Assembly: GCF_006345805.1 (NCBI RefSeq)
Contig: NC_043003.1
Location: 8,990,001-9,054,000, forward strand
Origin: Octopus sinensis
Taxonomy: Eukaryota
Direction: 5' to 3'
DNA length: 64,000 bases
The notes under the pieces are model-generated. The model had not been told where the DNA came from, did no database searches, and saw only the letters and a program-made list of their open reading frames with translations. This document shows, in pieces, positions 38,785-51,400 of this stretch. Position 1 is the stretch's first letter, and each line of letters begins with the position of its first letter. The position numbers and the translations under genes were made by a program.

Positions 38785-39008
38785 TTTTCTTTATTGCCCA
38801 CAAGGGGCTAAACATAGATGGGACAAACAAGGACAGACAAAGGGATTAAGTCAATTACATCGACCCCAGTGCGTAACTGGTACTTAATTTATCGACCCCG
38901 AAAGGATGAAAGTCGACCTTGGTGGAATTTGAACTCAGAACATAACGGCAGACGAAATACCGCTAAGCATTTCGCCTGGCGTACTAATGATTCTGCCAAC
39001 TCGCTGCC
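38785..39008 (-). mobile_element. SINE family B monomer inserted in a piggyBac-like MITE
   Basis: Matches family B consensus; MITE sequence GCCCAAATATTCT / GCTCAAATATTCT on both sides. Confidence 0.85.
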
Positions 39009-39235
39009 TTAAATATTCTGGCTCAAATATTCTATCTGTTTTATGTTCAAACCAGTCAGATCCAGCCTCTCACACCTACCCTACAATGTCATTCTAAACA
39101 CAAACTCTTATGTCCTCGAATTCTCAAAGCTGCAAGGTTATGCATGACTAATTCAAGACAATGGCAATAAATAAGTGCTATGTTTGACAGAATAATCTGA
39201 ATGGTAAAGGGTCAAATCTCAGTTTTCATGTTTAT

Positions 39236-39570
39236 CGTCATCATCATCATCATCATTGTTTTATGTCTGCTTTCCATGCTGGCATGGGTTGGATGGTTTG
39301 ACTGAGGACTGGCAAACCAGAAGGCTGCACCAGGCTCCAGTCTGATCTGGCAAGGTTTCTACGGCTGGATGCCCTTCCTAATGCCAACCACTCCAAGAGT
39401 GTAGTGGGTGCTTTTTACATGCCAACGGCTCAGGAGCCAGTTGGGGGGTACTGGCATCGACCACATTTGGATGTTGCTTTTTATGTGCCACTGGCACAGG
39501 AGCCAGTCAGGCGGCACTGTCATCGACCAATGCTTGAATGTTGCTTATTATGTGCCGGCGGAACTGGCAT
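39236..39570 (-). mobile_element. Retroposon family C
   Basis: Same architecture; further partial copies at ~38605-38725 and ~40385-40600. Confidence 0.8.
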
Positions 39571-40083
39571 CAGCCACGACTACAATTTGTCATTTAATGT
39601 CCATTTTTCATGCTGGCTTGGGTCGGAACAGGTTGACAGGATCTGGTTAGCCAGAGGGCTCTGTTGAGCTCCATATCAGGTTTGGCATGGTTTCTGCAAC
39701 TAGATGCCATTCCTAATAGTAACAACTTTACAGTGTGCATTGGGTGCTATTTATGTGCCACTACCGACACTTGTGGAGGTGCCGAGTAACTTGTGAAATG
39801 GGAAAGAACAAGAAGGGGGAAGAAGAGGGAAAGAGAAAACTCACTTGACTAAGTGGGGGTCGGTATTTGAGTGGGTGGAGAGGAGATTCTGCTCTGAAAT
39901 GCAGTACATGCATTCCAGCACTAAGAGAAGGTACTTGTGCATGTGTGTGTGTGTGTGCGTGTGTGTGTGTGTGTGGTGTGTGTGTGTGTGTGCGAGTGTG
40001 TGCATGCAGGTGTGTGTGTGTGAATGTGTGAGTATATATATATATATAGATGTATATATATGTGTGTGTATATATATATATTT

Positions 40084-40280
40084 ATTTATTATATTAAGGG
40101 CTTTACTACACGTAAATGCCTCGTGCAATAAGGGTCTCTTAAAGTCAAAATTACTTTAATAAATATACAGTGTACTGACAGCGAGGGAATGTAACTTGGA
40201 AGTTGTCAAATAGTTTTGACTTTAAGAGTCCCTTATAGCATGAGGCATTTACATGTAGTAATGCCCTTAATATAATAAAT
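40084..40280. repeat. Inverted repeat, ~70-bp arms, 57-nt loop
   Basis: ATTTATTATATTAAGGGC...CTCTTAAAGTCAAAATTA versus TAGTTTTGACTTTAAGAG...GCCCTTAATATAATAAAT. Confidence 0.85.
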
Positions 40281-41283
40281 GTATTTATATTTAAAGGGAA
40301 TAATTATATATTTTGTATAAATTTTTCCCTTAAGGGGTTTTTCATGCTTTATCATACTTGATAAATTCTTATATAGATTTTATACCTATCGTCGTCATCG
40401 ATTACTATCTGTTTTTCATGCTGGCATGGGTTGGACTTTTTGACTGAGGTCTGGAGGGCCAGCTGCTACACCAGGCTCCAGTCTGGTCTGGCAGAGTTTC
40501 TACAGCTGGATGCCCTTCCTAATGCCAACCACTCCGAGAGTATAGTGGGTACTTTTTACATGCCAACGGCTCAGGAGCCAGTCAGGCGGGCTTGGTAATG
40601 AACATGTTCGGCGACGTGTTGTGTTCTTGAGCAAAACACTTCAATTCATGTTGCTCGAGTCTACTCAGCTGGCACAAATGAGTTTAGCTTGCGAAGGACT
40701 GGTATCCCATCCAGGTGGGGAACTTTTATGCCATGAAACCAGGAAAGCAGCCCTTGTGAGTCAACATTACTTGAGAAAGTTACCAGTTAGCTTTACCTTC
40801 ACTTTTTTCCTGCAGAATTACTGACCCTGAACCCTGTAATGGACAGGTGTCCATTTCAGGAAGGGTTTGGATCTCTGTCCCTTATACACCACAGAAAGCT
40901 GGTAACCATCTTTATGAGCCACAGGGCTTAAGAAAAAAACAGATACAAAAGCTTCTGGTGCATCTAGAAACCTCTTCCATTCAGTCTCCTTGTTAAGGGA
41001 AAATTCTCAATATACTGCTAGACCGTAAAATACAGCATGCACCTCTGGAAAAACAAAAACAAAACAAAACAAAACAAAACAAAAGAGACGCTGCATGTGC
41101 ATTTTAGCATTAACATGTTGCATATGCATCCTTACTGTCCATTGTACAAGCCTCTCTCTCTCTCTCTCTCTTCTCTGGTACTTTAATGATGCATGTGTCT
41201 TGCTTGAGTCTGCGCATTTTATTTTTTTGTTTAAATGAGCTGCATTGCATCAGATTCAGCAACTCTCCTGCTGATGTTGTGCA

Positions 41284-41323
<40 letters not shown>

Positions 41324-41542
41324 GCTGCAATATCAAATGTCTCTGCCAACTGCAAGATGTTATCTTTTGTCTATTTTGGAACATTTTTTTTCATATTATA
41401 TATGCAATCTATGCATATATATATATATATATATATAATATATATATATATATATAAATATATATACGTGTTCATTTTATAATGCGTATACATACATATG
41501 TATATATATATATGTGTATATATATATATATATATATTTAAA

Positions 41543-41586
<44 letters not shown>

Positions 41587-41598
41587 ATGTTATGGTGA

Positions 41599-41631
<33 letters not shown>

Positions 41632-41694
41632 TATATTGTGTTCTTTTCATATGTGTATATGTATGTAGGTATATATGTTCTTTTTATAATATGC

Positions 41695-41727
<33 letters not shown>

Positions 41728-42335
41728 TATGTGTGTGTATATATATGTATATATATATTTCATATAATTTATAATATCATTTCATTTTTTTATACATTTT
41801 TATATATTTTTATAATTTTGTATTTTACCATTTGTGTTTTATTCCTAGACATTATAAATGCACATAAAGTATGTATATGTGTGGAATTGTATGAATATAT
41901 AACTATCCTGTTGTGATGAACGTGTATGGACATATACGTGTATACATACATGTGGTGTGCACATGTGTATACACGCATTGATGCACGTACATACATGCAT
42001 ACATACATACATACATGCGTACATACATATGTACATACATACATGCGTACGTACACTCTGATATAATGGTTTATATGGTATCTATACACCCAAGAAAGAA
42101 GAGCAGAAACTGCGAAGTAGCTTTCTATTATTTATTGCAGCAGATAAAGTTGGCATTTGATGATAATGACTGGGAATTTCTCACCATGCATGTAGCATCA
42201 CTCTGCAGAAATGATTTTAACATGGAGGAAACATATTCCTGCTTACATGCACAAACACTCAGATGCACGCAGAAGTACATACACATGCTTGTTCATAACA
42301 GCATGTCTATGCGTGTGTTTGTACGAATGTGTATA

Positions 42336-42703
42336 TCATCATCATCATCATCATCATCATTTAGCGTCCGTTTTTCCATGCTAGCATGGGTTGGACGGTT
42401 CAACTGGGGTCTGGGGAGCCCGAAGGCTGCACCAGGCCAGTCAGATCTGGCAGTGTTTCTACAGCTGGATGCCCTTCCTAACGCCAACCACTCCGAGAGT
42501 GTAGTGGGTGATTTTATGTGCCACCGACACAGGTGCCAGACGAGGCTGGCGAACGGCCACGCTCGGATGGTGTTTTTATGTGCCACCGACACAGGTGCCA
42601 GATGAGGCTGGCGGACGGCCACGATCGGATGGTGTTTGTTATGTCCCCAAAGCACGGAGGCCAGTCTATGCGGTACTGGCTACGGCCACGTTCGGATGAT
42701 TTT
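42336..42703 (-). mobile_element. Retroposon family C, subfamily shared with 51431
   Basis: Shared diagnostic tail TTCAACTGG-GTCTGGG-AGCCCGAAGGCTGCACC. Confidence 0.88.
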
Positions 42704-42934
42704 AGTATATATATATATATGTGTATATATGCATTTATACACACACACACGCACATATATATATATGCATATATATATGTTCTTTACCTTTAAATTACCT
42801 ACGACCGTATACCTTACAACGAGGGCTATACATAGTGAGGTAATACACCAGGAGTGCCTACAGATATGCTTATCCCTTAGATGGTTGCATAACCTCTAAC
42901 TTGTATCTTGCTTATATATATATATATATATATA

Positions 42935-43195
42935 CTTTATTTGAAGCAGCAGAAAATTCAACAAAACCTGTTACTCTGAGTTTCACGTTCCCGTTCGTCA
43001 GACAGTTTTTGCTATATATATATATATATATATATATACCGGAGTAAACACGTAAATGTGAAACAAGGTGGAAAAAAGAGTACTCAAATACCAGTGGTAG
43101 AGTAATATGCTTTATTTAAAGCAGCAGAAACTTCAACAAAACCTGTTACTCTGAGTTTCATGTGAAACTCAGAGTAACAGGTTTTGTTGAATTAT
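42935..43195 (-). mobile_element. Penelope-like tandem repeat plus inverted truncated copy
   Basis: Direct repeat of GCAGCAGAAA-TTCAACAAAACCTGTTACTCTGAGTTTCA at ~42945 and ~43121; perfect 29-bp palindrome at 43132-43191. Confidence 0.7.
42968..43005 (-). ncRNA. Minimal type-I hammerhead ribozyme motif, intact core
   Basis: CTGT-CTGACGA-ACG(GGAA)CGT-GAAA-CTC-A-GAG-T-A-ACAG: stem I 4 bp, GNRA-capped stem II, palindromic stem III ACTCAGAGT, GUA triplet. Confidence 0.8.
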
Positions 43196-43733
43196 ATATA
43201 TATATAGATGTACATATATATATGTGTATATAACATCAACATCACCAATACCACCACCAATACTGTCACTATCATCACCACCACAAGCACTGTCACCAAT
43301 GCCACCACCAACAACAACAACACTGTCACCACCAACATCACCACCATCACCACCCACCAATACCACCATCCTCATTGCTCCAGCATCTACTTTTCCATTG
43401 CTTTTATGGGTCAGATAAGATTTGTTGAGACATGATTTATGGTTTGTTTTTGTTTTTCTGCACTAAATACTCTTCCTACAGCTCACCCTCACCCCCACCA
43501 CCATATCTGTTCCCAAACAAAGTAATATTTTCTCAGAGACAAGACAAGTTTTCACAGAAGATTGCAAACAGACATCATCATTTGTATATGACACTGAAAT
43601 TTGTTTACAAATATTGCATTGTGATAAGACTCAGTGACACTTCCACACACAAACACATTCACACATACACACACATACATACATACATACATACATACAT
43701 GCACATACACATACATACATATATATGTATATA

Positions 43734-44127
43734 TTCTTTTATCCTTCTATTCTTTTACTTGTTTCAGTCATTTGACTGTGGCCATGCTGGAGTACTGCCT
43801 TCAGTCAAACAAATCAACCCCAAGACTTATTCTTTGTAAGCCTAGTACTTATTCTATCAGTCTCCTTTGCCAAACTGCTAGGTTACGGGGACGTAAACAC
43901 ACCAACATCGGGATAAACACAGACACACACACATACATGCATACATATATGTATGTATGTATGTATGTATATATATATATATATGACAGGCTTCTTTCAG
44001 TTTCTGTCTACCAAATCCACTGACAAGGCTTCAGTCGTCAAGACAGTTGCCCAAGGTGCTACACAGTGGGACTGAACCCAGAATCATGTGGTTGGAAAGC
44101 AAGCTTCTTACCACATAGCCACTCCTG
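43734..44127 (-). mobile_element. SINE family A
   Basis: Matches family consensus with internal deletions. Confidence 0.8.
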
Positions 44128-44143
44128 TGTCTATATACATGCA

Positions 44144-44174
<31 letters not shown>

Positions 44175-44293
44175 GTGTATGTATATATGTATGTATATAT
44201 ATATATAGTCAATTTAGGGTAGCAAAAAATTCAATAGAAATTTATCGCAACCAGCGGTGGACGAGTGACCTGTTGGGATCACTCCTAAATCGT

Positions 44294-44355
<62 letters not shown>

Positions 44356-44492
44356 TAATTAGATTCTATTGTTAAAGTTATTAGCAATAAATTAGTTATA
44401 CTTCAACAATATCCAACATATTTAAACAATTTTTTGGATACAATTCCTAATAATATCTAATACACACATACATACGTCCATGCACACACTCA

Positions 44493-44524
<32 letters not shown>

Positions 44525-44974
44525 GAAGTGACTGAACAAATGAAAGAAAGTAGCACTTGTCATATTTGATAAAAGTTTCATATATTTTTAATGATGGTTT
44601 CAACATCACACAATCTAAAGTTTCATGTGTGCATAGAACATACCCCTCTCATCAGACGCTAGGAGCAAATATATAGATTAAACAACAATCTTTTCAGTTT
44701 CTGTTTTCCAAATTCACTCACAATTACTTGGTAAGACTGGGGTAAAAGAGACTTGCCCAAACTGTAGTGCTGTGGGATTGAACCTGAAACCACATAGTTG
44801 AGAAGTAAATCTCTCAACCACACAGCTCACACATCTGGGACATTGATGTTGATATACATGCTGATATTTTTGACCACATCTAAAACTAGGTCATCCACCT
44901 AATAAGTAAAGATTTTTTTCATCAACACATGTCAATCCCTGCCTCATAAACACACATGTTTCTCTGGCAGTATC

Positions 44975-45188
44975 AGTAGCACGCTGGGCGAAATGCTTAG
45001 CAGTATTTCGTCTGCCGCTACGTTCTGAGTTCAAATTCCGCCGAGGTCGACTTTGCCTTTCATCCTTTCGGGGTCGATAAATTAAGGACTAGTTACGCAC
45101 TGGGGTCGATATAATCGACTAAATCCATTTGTCTGTCCTTGTTTGTCCTCTCAGTGTTTAGCTCCTTGTGGGTAGTAAAGAAATAGGT
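44975..45188 (+). mobile_element. SINE family B monomer
   Basis: Matches family B consensus. Confidence 0.88.
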
Positions 45189-45232
45189 TTCTCTGTTTTG
45201 CCAATTTTTGTCCATTTTTTTTCCTTCTACAG

Positions 45233-45518
45233 CAGTGGTTTCCAAAGTGGGTGGTCCTCCCCACTCCTGGGGGTGGTGGAAAAAGGTCCAGAGGGGGATG
45301 TTGAAGAAAATTAGTGCGATAATAGAATGTAAACAACGACAAAATAATAGGTTAATTAGGTTAGTTTTTTTTTGTGAAATACAATTGCTTTGAATATGCT
45401 ACAGAGAGCGTTCTATGTTTGTGGTGTGGCGCATGGGAGAAGGACGGGGGAGGGGGCGATAGGGATGGGGACTGAGTGCCAAATGGGCAGCAGCCCTAAA
45501 AAAGTTTGGGAACCACTG
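45233..45518. mobile_element. hAT-type MITE
   Basis: TIRs CAGTGGTTTCCAAAGT / AGTTTGGGAACCACTG; 8-bp TSD TTCTACAG / TTCTACAC (7 of 8). Confidence 0.85.
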
Positions 45519-45558
45519 TTCTACACCTACTAAAAAAAAAAAAAAACTTATTCTTATA

Positions 45559-45930
45559 GGCGTAGGAGTGGCTGTGTGGTATGTAGCTTGCTTACCAACC
45601 ACATGGTTCTGGGTTCAGTCCCACTGCGTGGCACCTTGGGCAAGTGTCTTCTACTATAGCCTCGGGCCGACCAAAGCCTTGTGAGTGGATTTGGTAGATG
45701 GAAACTGAAAGAAGCCCATCGTATATATATATATATATATGTATGTTTGTGTGTCTGTGTTCGTCCCCCCAACATTGCTTGACAACCGATGCTGGTGTGT
45801 TTACGTCCCCGTAACTTAGCGGTTCGGCAAAAGAGACCAATAGAATAAGTACTAGGCTGCCAAAGAATAAGTCCTGGGGTTGATTTGCTCCAGTATGGCC
45901 GCAGTCAAATGACTGAAACAAGTAAAAGAG
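45559..45930 (+). mobile_element. SINE family A, young full-length copy
   Basis: Near-consensus with CpGs retained. Confidence 0.9.
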
Positions 45931-46637
45931 TCGAAAAAAAAGAGAGAGAGAGAGAGAGTTCTGTTCTGGAATAGATAAGTGCAAGTGTCCTTACACTTGG
46001 CATGTCTATCTCCCTCCCTTTTGTTATTCCTATTGTGTCTCTCTAACCTCGCCATCCCACACTCACTGTTTTGTTCGGTCTTTTGTTCCTCAAGAAGTAC
46101 AATCATTTGAAATTCTCTCCCTGCCCAGATTTCCTGCAGACACTGACATATGGCAGATGTTCAGTCAGCTGCTTCCGTCCTGTCTTCTCTCATACATTCT
46201 ATGAAGAGCATTCGCCTTTTACCGCTCTCACTTTTTAACAATTTATTTATCAAAATTAACTGGGAATTGATTCAGTTATTTTCCTCGTTAGCCACCGCTT
46301 TGCATTGGTTCCATTTGTTCCACAGAACATATGTATCCTAAAATAAGTAAATGAGTGGAAACTTTATCGGTGAGTGTGTTAAATTATAAGGCACTAAAAG
46401 AGAATGACTCTCCCCAGTACTAGGCTTACAAAGAATAAGTCCTGGGGTCGATTTGTTGGGCTAAAGGCGGTGCTCCAGCATGGCCACAGTCAAATGGCTG
46501 CAACAAGTAAAAGAGTAAGAGAGAATATGCTTCAACACACAAACTCACATAAAGAATCTGGCAAACCAAATCCCAAAACGATATATATATATATATGTGT
46601 GTGTGTGTACGTATGTATATATGTGTGTGTGTGTGTG

Positions 46638-46686
<49 letters not shown>

Positions 46687-47323
46687 TGTGTGTGTGTAAT
46701 TATTTTAACAATGGATTGCAATATCAGTAGAGTTTTGATAAAGTACAATGTAATATTTGGTTATATATTCTTTTATCTTTTACTGGTTTCTGTCCTTGGC
46801 CTGTAGACTGGCACCACCTTCAGGGCCTCATTGTTGATCAGATTAACCCCAGTGCTTCAGTACTTATTTTTGTCTGGTCCTTTTTTTTTTCATTTTGTAC
46901 ATTTTTAAAAATTGGCCAAGTTATTATAATTGTTTCTGCACTGGTCTTGTTTTATTTGTTGTTGTTGTTGCGTCAAAGTGAAAGTGTGTGGCTAAGTGGT
47001 TAGAGTATTTGGTTCTGTAAAGTTGTGAGTTCGATTCCCGATGGTATGTTGTATCCTTGAGCAAGACACTTTATTTCACATTGATCCAGTCCACTCAACT
47101 GGCAAAAATGAGTGTAAGCTGTGTAAGCTTTTCAACCACACAACAATCACGTCTGTGCCTCTGTGTCTAGCCATGGGGAAATATTATCTTGCTTAGAAAC
47201 AGGTGAGGTGTTGGCAACAGAAGGGGCATCCAACTGTAGAAAACCTACCCCAACAAATTCCTTTCTGGCTAATGCAAGCCTGGAAAAGTGGACTGTATAT
47301 GACGATGATGATAATGATGATGA

Positions 47324-47382
<59 letters not shown>

Positions 47383-47459
47383 CATACACAGGCGAGTACA
47401 TACGTGCAAAACAAGGTTGAAAAAATAGTACTCGAATACCAAAGGTAGAGTAATATACA

Positions 47460-47609
47460 TTTTATTTAAAGCTGCAAAATTATCACAGAAGTGTTACTCA
47501 GAGTTTCACGTTTCTCGATGTCAGGCAGTTGTGATGAATAACTGTCTGACAAACAGGAAAATTAAACTCTAATTAATGCTTCTGTGATAATCTTGCAGCT
47601 TTAATAAAA
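47460..47609. repeat. Degenerate inverted repeat of the same Penelope-like family as 42935
   Basis: TTTTATTTAAAGCTGC...GTCAGGCAGTT / AACTGTCTGAC...GCAGCTTTAATAAAA; decayed hammerhead cores on both arms. Confidence 0.65.
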
Positions 47610-47618
47610 AGTATATAA

Positions 47619-48003
47619 TCTCTATATATATAAAGCTGAAGTTGTCTGTGTATGGCAGGTTTGGTAGTCTTCAACTAAAACTATCTCCTCCGAGACCTTG
47701 CGGCGCAAGTTGACCAAAATTGAAAGTATGATAGAAGAAGGCTTTCTCTTCCTTCCATAGAATTCAAATTGGATCATGTTAACATCAAAAATTATTTACA
47801 TCAAAAAGGTGCTTTTTTTCTATGAAAATTCCTATTTTTTACGATTTTTTGACTGCTGTATCGTCACTTTTAGGTGTATTTCAACCAGAAAAATGTTCAC
47901 TTAAAGAGAATAACAAGCTACATAATGCAGAATTTTTACTTTTCAAAAATTCCAATTCTAAAGGGTCGAAACAAACCCGAGCAATGCCGGGTGATACTGC
48001 TAG
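47619..48003 (+). mobile_element. Non-autonomous Helitron-type element (same ends as 26479, different body)
   Basis: A|TCTCTATATATATAAAG ... ACCCGAGCAATGCCGGGT-GATACTG-CTAG|T. Confidence 0.8.
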
Positions 48004-48256
48004 TTGTTATATATAGTTGAAGATCATGGTGTATCTATTCCAAAAGTTACAAGACTTTATTGATTATGAAAAAATTTTGTTTTTATAATTTTTATAATTT
48101 TCTATTATATTTATACTTGAATAAAAAGTTCCGTGTTGTCTTATATTTATGAATATTTCGTTTTCTGTTTTAAAAAGTTTCACCTCTATATACCCAAATA
48201 TACAAACATAGATTTTGAAATCTCTGAAAGTTCTCTTTTATATTTTATTTTCACAG

Positions 48257-48440
48257 ACGCCGTCATCACTTGCTGAAGATGTTTCCAGTAGTGCAGTTCT
48301 TACACGGTTGGATGGGGATGGCCTCGTGGAACGAGGGAACTGGAGTGGACGGTTCGATTTCCTCATGTCCTTATTGGGGTATTCCGTGGGTCTCGGCAAC
48401 GTGTGGAGGTTTCCCTACCTAGCATACAGCAACGGAGGGG
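48257..48440 (+). CDS. SLC6 exon A (N-terminus + TM1): [11 protein letters not shown]...[37 protein letters not shown]
   Basis: Acceptor ttttattttcacag|ACG, donor GGGG|gtaagt; ends in phase 1; no usable ATG before TM1. Confidence 0.93.
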
Positions 48441-51400
48441 GTAAGTTATCTCCCTTGCACTCATTCACTCATTTTGTTTTTTGCTTCCTTATTATTCTCT
48501 CCCTTTATATGTTGTGCAAATAGCAGAGTGGTTGGTTGGCCTGTTAGAAATAGCAGCCAAATCCTCCTAATATCACACTTTACTGTCAAAGAAAATGTGA
48601 AGACGTTATTGGAGAATGTCTCAGACGTATTATGACTGAATAGAAGATGGAATGATCATGGGTGCGATAAATTTGATATAGGTCTGCTCATTCAACGCTG
48701 ATCTAGTGTCAAACAACAGCACGAAACAATAACAACGTTACAAATAGTTACTGGAACATTAAGATACACACACACAGAGTTGGGGTGTGGAGGCGCAATG
48801 GCCCAGTGGTTAGGGCAACGGACTCGCGGTCGTAGGATCGCGGTTTCGATTCCCAGACTGGGCGTTGTGAGTGTTTTTTTGAGCGTAAAAAACCTAAAGC
48901 TTCACGAGGCTCCGGTAGGGGCTGATGGCGATCCCTGCTGCACTCTTTCACCACAACTTTCTCTCACTCTTTCTTCTGTTGGCCTGCTTGCTTAGCCAGC
49001 GGGGTGGCGTCATTTGAAGGCTAAAACAATGCGAAGCGCATTGTGACCAGCGATGTGTAGCAACATCTGATGCTACACATCCACTCACAAGGCTTTGGTC
49101 GACCCGAGGCTATAGTAGAAGACACTTGCCCAAGGTGCCACACAGTGGGAATGAACCCGGAACCATGTGGTTGGTAAGCAAGCTACTTACCACACAGCCA
49201 TGCTTATTTTTAAAATGATATTGCTGGGTACATACGAGAAACCAGATCTGGCTGATTGAAGCATAAAATCAGTAAAATATTTCAGCTGGATCTGACCAGT
49301 TTAAATGCTAAAGGATTAAACATCATTTGTATAATTCGTTCCCTTTTCTCTCACTGTTTCTCTCTCTTCTACCAGTCTCACTTTATGTCTGTTTCTCTTT
49401 GTTTTAGGGGCGTTTCTTTTCCCTTTTATATTGATGTTGATATTAATTGGAACACCACTGATGTTTATGGAGCTTGCTTTCGGCCAGTTTGCATCTCTGG
49501 GTCCAGCTGCTATCTTCGACCGATTCTGTCCTTTATTTCATGGTAAGTACAATATATTTTCAAACTGTTATATCTTAACATGTTTATGATGTTGATGTTA
49601 ATACTGATTATGATGTTGATCGTCATCACCACCTTGATCATGATGACAATTATGATTATGATGATGACTGATGTTAACCCTTTCATTACTGTATTTATTT
49701 TGAGATGCTCTGTGTTTCTTTCAATTACTTTATATATAACAAAGAATTTAGTAAAATAACTTGGTTATCATTAAGCTAGTGTTAGGAACATAAATCATGA
49801 CTAAGGTTTGATGGAAGATTTTAATTCAGAACATGAAAACAAGATATTTGTACTCAGAGCCAGAGCCGGTTTCAGAATTGTTTTTCTATTATATATTTTG
49901 ACACTTTTGTTACCATATTTCTGTCGAGATGCTCTTTGTTTCTTTCAATTACTTTAAATATAACAAAGAATTTAGTAAAATAACTTAGTTATCATTAAGC
50001 TAGTGTTAGGAACATAAATCATGACTAAGGTTTGATGGAAGATTTTAATTCAGAACATGAAAACAAGATATTTGTACTCAGAGCCAGAGCCGGTTTCAGA
50101 ATTGTTTCTCTATTATATATTTTGACACTTTTGTTACCATATTTCTGTCGAGATGCTCTTTGTTTCTTTCAATTACTTTAAATATAACAAAGAATTTAGT
50201 AAAATAACTTAGTTATCATTAAACTAGTGTTAGGAACATAAATTGTGACTAAGGTTTGGTGGAAGATTTTAATTCAAAACTTATGAAAACAAGACATTTG
50301 TACTACAGAGCCAGAGGCGGTTTCAGCTGGATTGGTATCAAAAGGGTTAAGAATTGTTTCTCTATTATATATTTAACCCTTTTGTTACCATATTTCTGTT
50401 GAGATGCTCTATGTTTCTTTCAATTAATTTTAAATATTACAAAGAATTTAGTAAAATAACTTGGTTATCATTAAGCTAGTGTTAGGAACATAAATTGTGA
50501 TTGAGGTTTGGTAGTAGATTTTAATTCAAAACTTATGAAAACAAGACATTTGTACTCAGAGCCAGAGCTGGTTTCAGCCAGGTTGCATCAAAAGGGTTAA
50601 TCATGAGCATCAGAATAAGGATAATGAAGATAATGATGAACAGATGAACTTAGAAGCTATGAGATTCTATACAGTGATGTGAGCATGAATATGTTGATCT
50701 ATACACACACATACGCATGTAGTTACACTTAGACATACTGAAACACATTATGAAAAGGATGTGTGAATGAATAAATATATTTACGTAAGCTCAAAAGTTC
50801 ATGTCAACTGATATATATACCTAAACGTGAATATACATTTTTTTACATGATGATCATCATCATCGTTTAACGTCCGCTTTCCCTGCTAGCATGGGTTGGA
50901 CGATTTTGACTAAGGGCTGGCGAACCAGATGGCTGCACCAGGCTTCAATCTTAATCTGGCAGAGTTTCTACAGCTGAATGCCCTTCCTAACGCCAACCAC
51001 TCCGAGAGTGTAGTGGGTGCTTTTATGTGCCACCGGCATGGAGCCAGTCAGGCGGTACTGGCAATGGCCTCGCTCGAATCTTTAACACATGCCACCAGCA
51101 CAGGTGCCAGTAAGGCGATGCTGGTAACGATCACACTCGAATGGTGTCTTTTACATACCACCGGCATGGAGGCCAGGTAGCCGCTCTGGCAATGATCATG
51201 CTTGGATGGTGCTCTTACCTAAATTCAAATTCATTCTGCCATAAAAATAGCAAATTGAAACAATGGAATTCTTTTAATCTCTTGTCTTAATGGTTTATCC
51301 TTTATATTGGGAATCTGTATGGTCATCTGCTTACGAGGAGAGCGGTTTATTTCATTGACCGATTAAATAGAGTTGTTTGAAATGGCCATAATGCACTGAT

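Noticed and set aside
46150-46341. ORF MADVQSAASVL... after a pyrimidine-rich AG as SLC6 start exon
   Set aside because: No credible phase-0 donor before the stop; the nearby GTGAGT belongs to a repeat.
48215-48256. ORF-track start [14 protein letters not shown] for the SLC6 protein
   Set aside because: Begins at TTG inside the polypyrimidine tract of a strong acceptor; intronic.
48787-48865. tRNA gene (also heads at 8191, 33790, 34387)
   Set aside because: A- and B-box-like motifs continue into SINE bodies and lack a proper acceptor stem; they are SINE heads.
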